In this document: positions 47,192-55,483 of the stretch, piece by piece
Position numbering within the stretch: the first letter of the stretch is position 1
How the letters are laid out: the number at the start of each line of letters is the position of its first letter
Source of the DNA: an uncultured delta proteobacterium
GTDB taxonomy: Bacteria > Myxococcota > Myxococcia > Myxococcales > Anaeromyxobacteraceae
NCBI GenBank assembly: GCA_963845515.1
Contig: CAWJSR010000023.1
Span: 96,001 to 160,000 of the forward strand
Direction of reading: 5' to 3'
Length of the DNA stretch: 64,000 nt
Notes under the pieces: model-generated
The model's database searches: none
What the model saw: the letters and a program-made list of their open reading frames with translations, nothing else
What the model was told of the DNA's origin: nothing
Made by a program: the position numbers and the translations under genes

Positions 47192-48177
47192 CACGGTCGC
47201 TCCACGAGGGAGTCGATCCGGACGCCGACGCTCCCCTCGACATCGACGAGCTGGCCGCGAGCGATGGCGCGGTCGCCCAACCTGAGCGAGACCAGCCCAC
47301 GGCGGTCGATCGGGAGCGGCAGGATCGCCCCAGGCTCCAGCCGCGCCAGGTCGCCCAGGGTGATGGGCACGCGAGCCAGCTCGACCTCGACGTTGATGGG
47401 CCACTCGGAGCGCGCGGTGTCGGGCATCTGGATCTCCTCGACGAGCAGGCCGTCTTCGGACTCCCCGCCGACGACGCGGAGCCCGCCCGGGGCGACGGCG
47501 GTGAGCCGCCCGGGGGGCGACGGATCGAGCAGGACGACGTCGCCGACGGCGAGCGCTGCGACCTCCTCGGGGCTGAGCGGTGCTGAGCCCCCGCGAAGGG
47601 ACAGCTCCAGCTCGATGACGCTCGAGGGTTGGCCTCGCGCACACTCGTCGCCGAGAGCCTTCACGGCTGCCGCGGGGAGTACGACGCGGGCGTGGCCGGA
47701 GCCTGCGCCGAGCGAGACGGTGAGGTCGATGGCAAGTCCCCCGGTCGGCTCACCGGCCCAGCGAGCCAGCCGGGGAGCGAGCCGCGCCTCCACCTCCGGG
47801 AGCGCGGAGAGCGCCGCGAGCGCAGAGAGCGTCGCCAGCTCGACGGCCGCGCCCTCGAGCGGAGTGAGCGAGGTGGCCGGTGCCGGCGCGCCCTCGCCGC
47901 CGCAAAGCCGATCGAGCAGCGTGACGGCAAGCGGCGCATCTACCTCCACGACTGCGGTGCCGGGGAGCGCCGCAAGCTCTACGCGAAGACGGCCGACCCC
48001 GGCGCCCGGTGCGGGGACGACCGGGAGCGGCCGCCCCGTCACGGTCACGGCGCCACCGGTCAGAACAGCCAGGGCATTGGCGACCTCCGCGGCGGCGCGG
48101 AGTCCCAGCTCCGCCATCCCAGGCGTGAGCATGGCGAAGCCGCGGGAGACGGTTGGGAGGTCGAACGGGAGCGCCAT
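47191..48177 (-). CDS. sctQ: C-ring/sorting platform protein SctQ (FliM/FliN-like, two SPOA domains)
   Basis: LAVGDVVLL and ELARVPITLGDL..LEPGAIL..GQLVDVEGSVGVRI. Confidence 0.88.
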   Translation of the reverse strand: MALPFDLPTVSRGFAMLTPGMAELGLRAAAEVANALAVLTGGAVTVTGRPLPVVPAPGAGVGRLRVELAALPGTAVVEVDAPLAVTLLDRLCGGEGAPAPATSLTPLEGAAVELATLSALAALSALPEVEARLAPRLARWAGEPTGGLAIDLTVSLGAGSGHARVVLPAAAVKALGDECARGQPSSVIELELSLRGGSAPLSPEEVAALAVGDVVLLDPSPPGRLTAVAPGGLRVVGGESEDGLLVEEIQMPDTARSEWPINVEVELARVPITLGDLARLEPGAILPLPIDRRGLVSLRLGDRAIARGQLVDVEGSVGVRIDSLVERP

Positions 48178-48279
48178 GAGAGGCGTGGAATTCACGGTGC
48201 GTGCCAGGGAAGGATGGCTGCAAGATCGCGGTCCGTGGGCCGTGGCTGGGGTCGCCCCGCGGCCGCCGAGGTCGCGGAT

Positions 48280-48646
48280 TCGGTCCTTGAACCCCTTCGA
48301 GCCGCTCCACGAGGATGCGGCGCAGGGCGGACCGGGCATCACGCGGGGCGTCGTGGCCTTCCCCGTCGAGAAGCGCCCGCAGGGCCGTCGCGGTCCTCGG
48401 GCGCTCCGCCGCCGCCTGCGCCGCGATCACCTCGTGGCGGACCGTCGCGTCCTCCGCGCCTCCGAGCGCGGTGGCCAGCGCTGCCAACCTTCCCGCGCGA
48501 GGCGCTGCGGCAGCCAGCTTCGCTGCCTCGACGAGCGCGGCGGTGTCCGGCGCCGCCATGCGTGCCGCGAGCTCGCCGGCGCGCAGGGGCGCGAAGACAG
48601 CCATGAGGGCCAGGAGCCGGCCGTCCTCCGTGACGGGCGCCGTCAC
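48280..48646 (-). CDS. Hypothetical Ala-rich protein in the SctK position; 3' end uncertain
   Basis: Start overlaps the sctJ stop; the open frame runs on into sctQ (to 47750), so the true end is unclear. Confidence 0.45.
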
Positions 48647-49374
48647 GGGGTGGTGGGCCGGAAGATGGGCCAGCGCAGGCGTCGGCGCAGCGCGAGCAGC
48701 GCGAGCAGCAGCGCGACAGCCGCGAGGGAGGCCGCTGCGGCGCCCCTCCAGCCCGGGCGCGCGCGGGCGGCCGGCGCGGGGGGCGGGGCCGCGCTCGCCT
48801 CCGTCACGAGGACCGAGACCGCGTCGGTCGAGAGTCCGTCCGCGGCACCAGCGACGAGCGCGCGAATGCCGGGCTCCAGCGCCCGCACGGCGCCGCAGGC
48901 CGCAGGGCGGCAGCGGACGAGCACAGCGGCACGCGGCGGTCGTCGATCGCCCGGGCGGAGCGGATCGTCCTGCGGGAGGCCGAGGTGAACCCGTGCCTCC
49001 ACCACGCCGTCGAGCGTCCCGACGCTGCGGGAGAGCTCTCCGGACAGGGCGTGCAGGTAGCGCGCGTGCTCCTCGACGGGGGTGGGGACCATCCCTCCCC
49101 CAGCGAAGAGCTCGGCGAAGCCCTGCGCGCGCGCCCGGGGCAGCTCGCGGTCCGAGAGGATCCTGCGGGCCCTCGCCGTGTCGCCGGAGGGGACCGTCAC
49201 GGTCCAGCCCCCGTCGCTACCGTCCGCGCGCCGCTTCTCGCCCGGTACTCCCTCCTCCTCCAGGGCCACCAGCACGTCGTTGGCCTGCGGCTCGTCGAGG
49301 CCGTGGAGGAGCTCCTCGCCGGCGCAGCCTGCGAGGAGGAGGAGCACAGAAGCGAGCGCGCGAGCGGGGGGCAT
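48643..49374 (-). CDS. sctJ: Type III inner membrane ring lipoprotein SctJ (YscJ/PrgK family)
   Basis: LLAGC lipobox, LDEPQAN, LSGELSRS..LDGVVEARVHL, C-terminal TM; 243 aa, too short for FliF. Confidence 0.92.
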   Translation of the reverse strand: MPPARALASVLLLLAGCAGEELLHGLDEPQANDVLVALEEEGVPGEKRRADGSDGGWTVTVPSGDTARARRILSDRELPRARAQGFAELFAGGGMVPTPVEEHARYLHALSGELSRSVGTLDGVVEARVHLGLPQDDPLRPGDRRPPRAAVLVRCRPAACGAVRALEPGIRALVAGAADGLSTDAVSVLVTEASAAPPPAPAARARPGWRGAAAASLAAVALLLALLALRRRLRWPIFRPTTP

Positions 49375-49387
49375 CGGCCGACTCCTC

Positions 49388-49759
49388 TCAAACCTGCGCG
49401 TGCAGCGCCTGCTTCACGGCCTGCGCTCCCTGCTCGACGAGCTTCGCGGAGAGCTCCACCGTCTGGGAGTACCGGTACGCCTCGCCCTGGAGTGACATCA
49501 GCTCCTGGGCGGTGAAGGTCCGGCCCGACCGGGCCATGGCGAGCAGGCCGTCGAGCCGGGCCTGCGCACGCTCGATCCCATGCAAGGCGCTGGAGGCCGC
49601 GGCGGCGACCCGGCTCCCTGAGGCCTGCGATGGCGGCGGGGCGACGTGCGACGAGCGCGCCTCCATGAAGGCCCCGAAGCTCGGACCGCAGGGGGGGCCG
49701 CCGGCTGCCGGTGAGACTGGGGTCGTCGAGGCGACGGCGCCGACGGGGGCGAGCGGCAT
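49388..49759 (-). CDS. SctI (inner rod)-like protein
   Basis: C-terminus ELMSLQGEAYRYSQTVELSAKLVEQGAQAVKQAL resembles PrgJ/YscI; sits just upstream of sctJ. Confidence 0.65.
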   Translation of the reverse strand: MPLAPVGAVASTTPVSPAAGGPPCGPSFGAFMEARSSHVAPPPSQASGSRVAAAASSALHGIERAQARLDGLLAMARSGRTFTAQELMSLQGEAYRYSQTVELSAKLVEQGAQAVKQALHAQV

Positions 49760-49781
49760 GGGCGGTCTCCTCGTCCGCTGG

Positions 49782-50294
49782 TCAGTGGATGTTGCCGATG
49801 GCCGCGCGAGCCGTGTCGTGCTTGATCTTCATCACGTTCGAGAGGGCGGTGAACTCGCGGTTCTCGCGCTGCATCGCCTCCTGCAGCTGGAGGTACTGAG
49901 CGTTGAAGGCCTGCGACTCCGCCTGGAGCGACCGGGCCGCAGAGAGCGCCTCCGTGTCGCTAGTCGTGCCCGCACCGGTCCCAGGTGTGGCTGCGCCGCC
50001 GGACGTGAGCGACGAGGCGCCGGCGAAGGTCGACGGGCCCAGCGCGGCGGTGCCTCCTCCGAGGAAGGGCGCCGCGCCCGCCACAGGAGCCGCGCCGGGC
50101 GCGGGCTGCGTCGCGGCGCGCACGGCGCCCAGCAGGAAGGTGCCGCCGGGGATCCGCGGGGCGGCCAGCTCGAGCCCGCCGGCGACGGTCCGGGCCAGGT
50201 GGTTGGCGACGTTCTGGAGTGCGACGTCGAAGCGACCGGGCATCGACTGGCGCGGGGTGGTGGGGACGACGTGGATCGAGTCGATTCGGTTCAT
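49782..50294 (-). CDS. SctF (needle)-like protein with long Gly/Ala-rich N-terminal extension (170 aa)
   Basis: C-terminus YLQLQEAMQRENREFTALSNVMKIKHDTARAAIGNIH fits the needle pattern SN..K...D.....I.N; GAGGAG RBS; first gene of the operon. Confidence 0.65.
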   Translation of the reverse strand: MNRIDSIHVVPTTPRQSMPGRFDVALQNVANHLARTVAGGLELAAPRIPGGTFLLGAVRAATQPAPGAAPVAGAAPFLGGGTAALGPSTFAGASSLTSGGAATPGTGAGTTSDTEALSAARSLQAESQAFNAQYLQLQEAMQRENREFTALSNVMKIKHDTARAAIGNIH

Positions 50295-50319
50295 GTGGTT
50301 CTCCTCGCCGGTCATGAAG

Positions 50320-50335
50320 AGCAACGTCCGTGCCG
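50320..50335 (-). promoter_or_regulatory. Sigma54 promoter of the type III cluster
   Basis: CGGCAC-GGACG-TTGCT about 26 nt upstream of the ATG at 50294. Confidence 0.75.
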
Positions 50336-50439
50336 TCGCGGGCCGAGCGCAGATCCGCGCCGCCACGAGGAGGCGGGTCGACGGGCGGTCGCTGCGCGGA
50401 CGGGGGGGACGCGGCGCGGACCGTGGTAACTTCGTCCCG

Positions 50440-51759
50440 ATGCCGAAGGAGTACCTCCGCCGGATCTCCGACCAGATCGTCGCCGCGCAGCGGCCGATCA
50501 AGGTGCTGCGGGCCATCAACTGGGGGCCCGACGTCCACGCCCGCTTCTTCAAGCACAACGCGCGGGAGCTGCCGCGGCCCGAGTACCCGGCGCTCGGCTT
50601 CGAGCCCGAGGAGAAGATCAAGGAGCTGCGCGCCGTCCGCCGCCAGATCCGCGGTCGGAACCCGGTGGAGGAGCTCCTCCGCAAGCGGTGCGACGAGTTC
50701 ATCCTCATCGTCCAGATGCTGGCTGGGCGGGGCACGAAGCGCTTCTACGAGATCTCGCGGCGCGTCTACGGCGATCCGCGGGACCGCTTCCCGGATCACG
50801 ACGTCGACAACCTGGCCATCGCGAGGCTCTGGGCCTCCCGCCCGCGGGCCCGCGACGAGGAGCAGAGCTTCACGGCGGAGAAGGCGGCCACGCTCATCAC
50901 GCAGATCTGCAACCCTCTCCTGGGCGGGCACGTGAAGGTCACCGTCCGGCGCCGGCTGACCGCCAACGCCGCCGCGGGGGCGACGCGGGTGACGCTGCGG
51001 AAGGGCGCGCGCTTCTCGGAGCGGCAGGTGCTGGCGCTCGCGCAGCACGAGGCCCTCTGGCACGTCCTCACCTCGATGAACGGCTTCAGGCAGCCGATCC
51101 TGCCGGTGCTGGGGGTTGGCCTCCCGCGCAGCTACGAGAGCCAGGAGGGGGGCGGGATCGTGGCGGAGTACATCACCGGCCACATCACCGACGAGCGGTT
51201 CATCGAGCTGGGGGAGCGGACGATCGCCATCGACATGGCGGCGCGCGGCGCCGACTTCCTCGAGGTCTACCGGTACCTGCTCGCGCGCTTCCCGCCGGAG
51301 AAGGCGGCGCTCATGAGCGAGCGGGTCTTCCGCGGCGGCGTGGTCGAGGGGGGCGCGCCGTTCACCAAGGACGCCGCGTACCAGCGCGGCTACTGCCGCA
51401 CCTTCAACTTCCTGCGCGCGGCGCTGGAGCAGCGCGACATCGATCTCGTGCGGGCGTTCCTATGCGGGAAGATGAGCGTCGACGATGCCGAGCTGATCCG
51501 CGACCTGGTCGAGGAGGGGCTCTGCGTCGGGCCCGTCTACCTGCCGGAGTGGTTCATCGACATCGATCGCCTCAACGCGATCATCACCCACAGCGTCACG
51601 ATGAACCGGTTCAGCCTGCCGAGCGTCACCCGCTACTACGCCAAGCGGCGCAAGCGGAAGGAGACGCAGGGCGAGCTGGTCTGGCGCCACCGCGACGTCT
51701 CCGACTCGGAGGAGCCGCCAGACGTCGCGGGGGCGGACGAGGGGGACATGGGGGAGTAG
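50440..51759 (+). CDS. DUF1704 / QEGLA-motif (MATCAP-like) zinc metallopeptidase
   Basis: HEALWH (HExxxH), QEGGG in place of QEGLA, RVFRGG, FTKDAAY.RG. Confidence 0.85.
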   Translation: MPKEYLRRISDQIVAAQRPIKVLRAINWGPDVHARFFKHNARELPRPEYPALGFEPEEKIKELRAVRRQIRGRNPVEELLRKRCDEFILIVQMLAGRGTKRFYEISRRVYGDPRDRFPDHDVDNLAIARLWASRPRARDEEQSFTAEKAATLITQICNPLLGGHVKVTVRRRLTANAAAGATRVTLRKGARFSERQVLALAQHEALWHVLTSMNGFRQPILPVLGVGLPRSYESQEGGGIVAEYITGHITDERFIELGERTIAIDMAARGADFLEVYRYLLARFPPEKAALMSERVFRGGVVEGGAPFTKDAAYQRGYCRTFNFLRAALEQRDIDLVRAFLCGKMSVDDAELIRDLVEEGLCVGPVYLPEWFIDIDRLNAIITHSVTMNRFSLPSVTRYYAKRRKRKETQGELVWRHRDVSDSEEPPDVAGADEGDMGE

Positions 51760-51762
51760 GGG

Positions 51763-52668
51763 TCAGGCCAGGCGCGTCCCGCTCGAGCCGTGACGCCGCA
51801 GGTGGACCAGCCCCGCGTAGCGCGGATCGTCGGGGTTGGACTCGATCGCCGCCCGCTCTTCGGCGTAGCCCTTGGTCGCGTAGCCCCCGAAGAGCGCGCG
51901 GTCGGCGCCGATCGGGCAGACCTTCACGCAGACGCCGCAGGGGAAGTGCTTCTCCGCGCGGAGCGTGACGTGGTGGCGCGTGCAGGCCTCCTTGTCCATG
52001 TCGCCGACGACGCGATCGTCGCGGTGCTTCAGCGCGCCGACCGGGCAGAGCCGCTCGCAGACGCGGCAGCCGTCGCACTGCTCGGCCGCGAGCAGCGGGC
52101 TCCCCGGCAGCGCGGCCGCCGTGAAGACCGAGCCGAAGCGGACGCGAGGGCCATACTGGGGCGTGACGAGGTTGTGGGAGAGGCCGATCGTACCGAGCCC
52201 CGCGTACTTCGCCGACATGACGTGGCTGAAGGCGGCGAAGGGTCTCTGGAGGAGCACCTCCAGGCTCCCGTAGCCGTCGCGCGGGAGGAAGAACGAGCCG
52301 TGGCCGCGGTCGTTGAGCCAGACCGAGAGCCGGTAGCCGAGATCGTCGAGCTGACGGTTCGCGGTGTTGTACTGCTCCTGGTAGTTGATCGACGGCGTCG
52401 AGTCGATGATCGGCAGGAGGATCGGGACGGCGAAGGTGATCACCGAGCGGGCCTGCGGCCAGATCCGGTCCGGCCGGTAGGGCTCCGGCACGATGCCGTC
52501 CTCGGCCCAGCGCCCGACCGGCGCGACGCCGACGAGGCTCGCGCCGAGGGTCCTGGCCTGGCCCAGGATCCGCTGCTGGAGGATGGCGCCGGGGTGGCGC
52601 GCGGTCGACCGCGCCACGCGGGCTGGTGGCGCGGGCTTGCGTCGCTGGCGCGAGGTGCGAGGGGGCAT
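51763..52668 (-). CDS. QueG/reductive-dehalogenase-like 2x[4Fe-4S] protein
   Basis: FSH...A..AGLGTIG, YGPRVRFGSVFT, CDGCRVCERLCP and C..CGVCVKVCP. Confidence 0.85.
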   Translation of the reverse strand: MPPRTSRQRRKPAPPARVARSTARHPGAILQQRILGQARTLGASLVGVAPVGRWAEDGIVPEPYRPDRIWPQARSVITFAVPILLPIIDSTPSINYQEQYNTANRQLDDLGYRLSVWLNDRGHGSFFLPRDGYGSLEVLLQRPFAAFSHVMSAKYAGLGTIGLSHNLVTPQYGPRVRFGSVFTAAALPGSPLLAAEQCDGCRVCERLCPVGALKHRDDRVVGDMDKEACTRHHVTLRAEKHFPCGVCVKVCPIGADRALFGGYATKGYAEERAAIESNPDDPRYAGLVHLRRHGSSGTRLA

Positions 52669-52726
52669 GTGGTTCCTCCGGCTGGCTGGCGGGCAGGGAC
52701 CCGGAGGCCCCCGCCCGCCCGGGCCT

Positions 52727-53689
52727 TCAGCGGGCGCTGGCCGTCTTGGCGTACGGGTTGAACTCGTTGGTGTAGACGTCGGTCGCCTTCACGTCGCCCG
52801 CCTTGAGCTTCCCCTCGCGGACGAGCAGGTCGATCCACCACTGGACCTGCGCCGGGCCCGGGACGAGGCCGCGCGAGTAGTACTGCCAGCTGCCGGCGTA
52901 CTGCGGATCGAGCCCGCGGCGCCTGGCGAAGATCTGCCCGGCCTCGTCGTGGTGCTCGTTGGTCCAGTCCGACGCCCTGACCAGGACCTTGATGAACTTG
53001 CGGACGACGTCGGGGTGCTCCTTCGCGAAGTCCTCGTTGGTGAAGTAGGGGAGCATCCCGGAGAGGCCGGCATCCACGACGTAGTCGTTGAAGATCTCGC
53101 GGGCGGCGCCGGTCTTCACCACCTTCTCGTAGTACGGCGAGTGGAGCACGCCGACGTCGACGAGCCCCTGCTTGAGCGCCTGCTCCTGGTTCGCGTCCGG
53201 GATCACGACGAAGTTCACGTCCTTGTCGAGGCCGTTGCGGCGCAGGTGCTCCTTGAGCACGTACTCGGAGCACGCACCGAAGCTGTTGATGGCGACCTTC
53301 TTCCCCTTCAGGTCCTTCACCCCCTTCACGTCGCTGCCGGGGAGGACGAGGTACTTCATGTGCGGCCGATCGGGGGTGGTCTGTGCCCCGGCCGCGACGA
53401 TCTTCACCTTCGCGCCACCTGCACGAGCCGTCAGGACGAGCGGCGTGTGGCGGTTGGCGAAGTCGATGGTGCGGGCGGCCACCGCCACCACGAGCTGCGC
53501 GGCCGGGACCTCCCCCACCCACTCGATCTTGATCCCCTCCTCCGCGAACCAGCCCTTCTCGTCGGCCACGTAGACGGGGTCGAACCACTGGATGTTCGGG
53601 TAGCGGACCTTGAACGGCTCCGCCGCCTGCGCGGCCCCGACCGACAGCAGCGCCAGCAGCGCCGCGAGCAGCTTCTTCGTCGTCATCAC
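52727..53689 (-). CDS. ABC transporter substrate-binding protein (SsuA/TauA/NMT1 family)
   Basis: Signal peptide, VADEKGWFAEEGI, DLKGKKVAI. Confidence 0.9.
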   Translation of the reverse strand: MMTTKKLLAALLALLSVGAAQAAEPFKVRYPNIQWFDPVYVADEKGWFAEEGIKIEWVGEVPAAQLVVAVAARTIDFANRHTPLVLTARAGGAKVKIVAAGAQTTPDRPHMKYLVLPGSDVKGVKDLKGKKVAINSFGACSEYVLKEHLRRNGLDKDVNFVVIPDANQEQALKQGLVDVGVLHSPYYEKVVKTGAAREIFNDYVVDAGLSGMLPYFTNEDFAKEHPDVVRKFIKVLVRASDWTNEHHDEAGQIFARRRGLDPQYAGSWQYYSRGLVPGPAQVQWWIDLLVREGKLKAGDVKATDVYTNEFNPYAKTASAR

Positions 53690-53740
53690 GTCACCTCCAC
53701 GTCGTAGGCCGGCCCGCGAGGCGGACCGGAATGGGACTTC

Positions 53741-54496
53741 TCAGCTCGCCGCGGCGTCGCGCCACGACGTGGCCCGGCGTTCGGCGAAGAGCAGCAGGTT
53801 GTTGACGGCCAGGCCGAAGGCCGCGAGCGCCACGATGGCGGCGTACATGCGCGGGACGTCGAAGGTCTCCTGGGAGTTGAGGACCAGGAACCCGAGCCCT
53901 GCGTTCGCCCCGATCATCTCGGCGGCGACGAGCACCATGAAGGCGTAGGCGGCTCCCAGCCGCACGCCGGTGAAGATGGACGGCGCCGCCGCAGGGAGGA
54001 TCACCTTGGCGAAGAGCGTGACGCCGCCGGCGCTCATCGAGCGGGCGCAGCGCAGGAGCACGGGGTCGATCGCCTTGACGCCGGCGACCGTGTTCAGGAG
54101 GACGGGCCAGACCGAGGCCCAGAAGATGATGACCACCTTCGAGACCTCGCCGATCCCGAAGAAGAGGATGAAGACGGGGAAGAGCGCGATGGCCGACACC
54201 TGGCGGCCGGCCTGGAGCGGACCGTCGACGCTCTTCTCGAGGGTGCGGTACCAGCCCATGAGGAGCCCCAGCGGCACGCCTGCGACGATGGCCACGCCGA
54301 GGCCGCCGGCGATCCGCTGGAGGCTAACGAGGGCGTGCCGGGCGAGCTCGCCTGAGGTGGCGAGCGCGAGGAGCGTCTCGGCGACGCGCGTCGGTGGCGA
54401 GAGGAAGATCGGGTTGGCGATGCCGGTGCGCGGGAGGAGCTCCCAGACGAGCACGAGGGCAGCGCCGACGGCGAACCGGGTGAACAGCGCGCGCAT
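53741..54496 (-). CDS. ABC transporter permease (SsuC/TauC family)
   Basis: SLQRI, LPAAAPSIFTGVRL, LVAAEMIGA..GLG. Confidence 0.93.
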   Translation of the reverse strand: MRALFTRFAVGAALVLVWELLPRTGIANPIFLSPPTRVAETLLALATSGELARHALVSLQRIAGGLGVAIVAGVPLGLLMGWYRTLEKSVDGPLQAGRQVSAIALFPVFILFFGIGEVSKVVIIFWASVWPVLLNTVAGVKAIDPVLLRCARSMSAGGVTLFAKVILPAAAPSIFTGVRLGAAYAFMVLVAAEMIGANAGLGFLVLNSQETFDVPRMYAAIVALAAFGLAVNNLLLFAERRATSWRDAAAS

Positions 54497-55413
54497 CAGG
54501 CCACCCCGCCCGTGAGGAGGCGGCGAACCGAGCCGATGAACCCGGCGCGGCGCTCCAACTCCGGGGCCCGCTCACGGCGCAGCGCCTGGTCCCGGGCCGC
54601 GTTGACCTCCGCGGTGAGCAGCTCCCACGCGGCGTGGCGGAGCGCGGCGAACTCGGGGGTCGAGCGGAGGTCACGCTCGGTCCGCGACGGCAGGTCGACC
54701 TCCAGGATCCTCTTGATCCGGCCCGGCCTGGCCGTCATCACCGCGACGCGCTGCGCGAGGAAGATCGCCTCGTCGATGCTGTGCGTGACGAAGACGATGG
54801 TCTTGCCGGTCTTCTCCCAGATCCGGAGCAGCTCCGCCTGGAGCAGCTCGCGGGTCTGCGCGTCGAGCGCGGCGAAGGGCTCGTCCATGAGCAGCACGTC
54901 CGGGTCGAAGGCGAGCGCGCGGGCGATGGCCACGCGCTGCTTCATCCCGCCGGAGAGCTGGGCGGGATACCGGTCCTCGAAGCCCGCGAGCCCCACCAGG
55001 TCGAGGTTGGCTCGCGCGATGCGCGCGCGCTCGGCGGACGGGAGCCGCTTGATCTCCAGGCCGAAGGAGACGTTCTCTAGCACCGTCCGCCACGGGAAGA
55101 GGGCGTAGTCCTGGAAGACGACCCCGCGGTCGAGCCCAGGTCCGCTCACCGCCTTCCCGTTGACGCGGATCGTCCCCTCCGCGGAGGCGAGCCCGTCCAT
55201 GGCGTGGAGGAGCGTCGACTTCCCGCAGCCGCTCGGGCCGAGGATGGCGAAGAACTCTCCGCGCCGGATCGCGAGGTCGATCCCGTCGAGCGCGAGGAGC
55301 GCGCCGGCGGAGCCGCGTGGGCCGTAGCTCTTCGAGAGCTGCTCGATGCGGATGGCGGGTTCCATTGGGATCGGCTCGGTCAGGGTGGGCACGCCGTCCG
55401 CTGCGACGGTCAC
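54496..55413 (-). CDS. ABC transporter ATP-binding protein (SsuB/TauB family)
   Basis: GPSGCGKST, LSGGMKQR, DEPFAALD, VTHSIDEA; start uncertain. Confidence 0.95.
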   Translation of the reverse strand: MTVAADGVPTLTEPIPMEPAIRIEQLSKSYGPRGSAGALLALDGIDLAIRRGEFFAILGPSGCGKSTLLHAMDGLASAEGTIRVNGKAVSGPGLDRGVVFQDYALFPWRTVLENVSFGLEIKRLPSAERARIARANLDLVGLAGFEDRYPAQLSGGMKQRVAIARALAFDPDVLLMDEPFAALDAQTRELLQAELLRIWEKTGKTIVFVTHSIDEAIFLAQRVAVMTARPGRIKRILEVDLPSRTERDLRSTPEFAALRHAAWELLTAEVNAARDQALRRERAPELERRAGFIGSVRRLLTGGVA

Positions 55414-55425
55414 GACAGATGACTA

Positions 55426-55439
55426 TCCGTTATCACGGA
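55426..55439. promoter_or_regulatory. Palindromic operator copy 1 (TCCGTTATCACGGA)
   Basis: Directly upstream of the ABC operon; shared motif. Confidence 0.65.
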
Positions 55440-55483
55440 CATGCGCCACGGATCCAGCCCTTTGTCGATCACGGCCTTCCGTG

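Noticed and set aside
42073..48177. Interpretation as a flagellar gene cluster
   Set aside because: No FliF, FliG, rod, hook or flagellin genes; SctJ is a short lipoprotein of the injectisome type.
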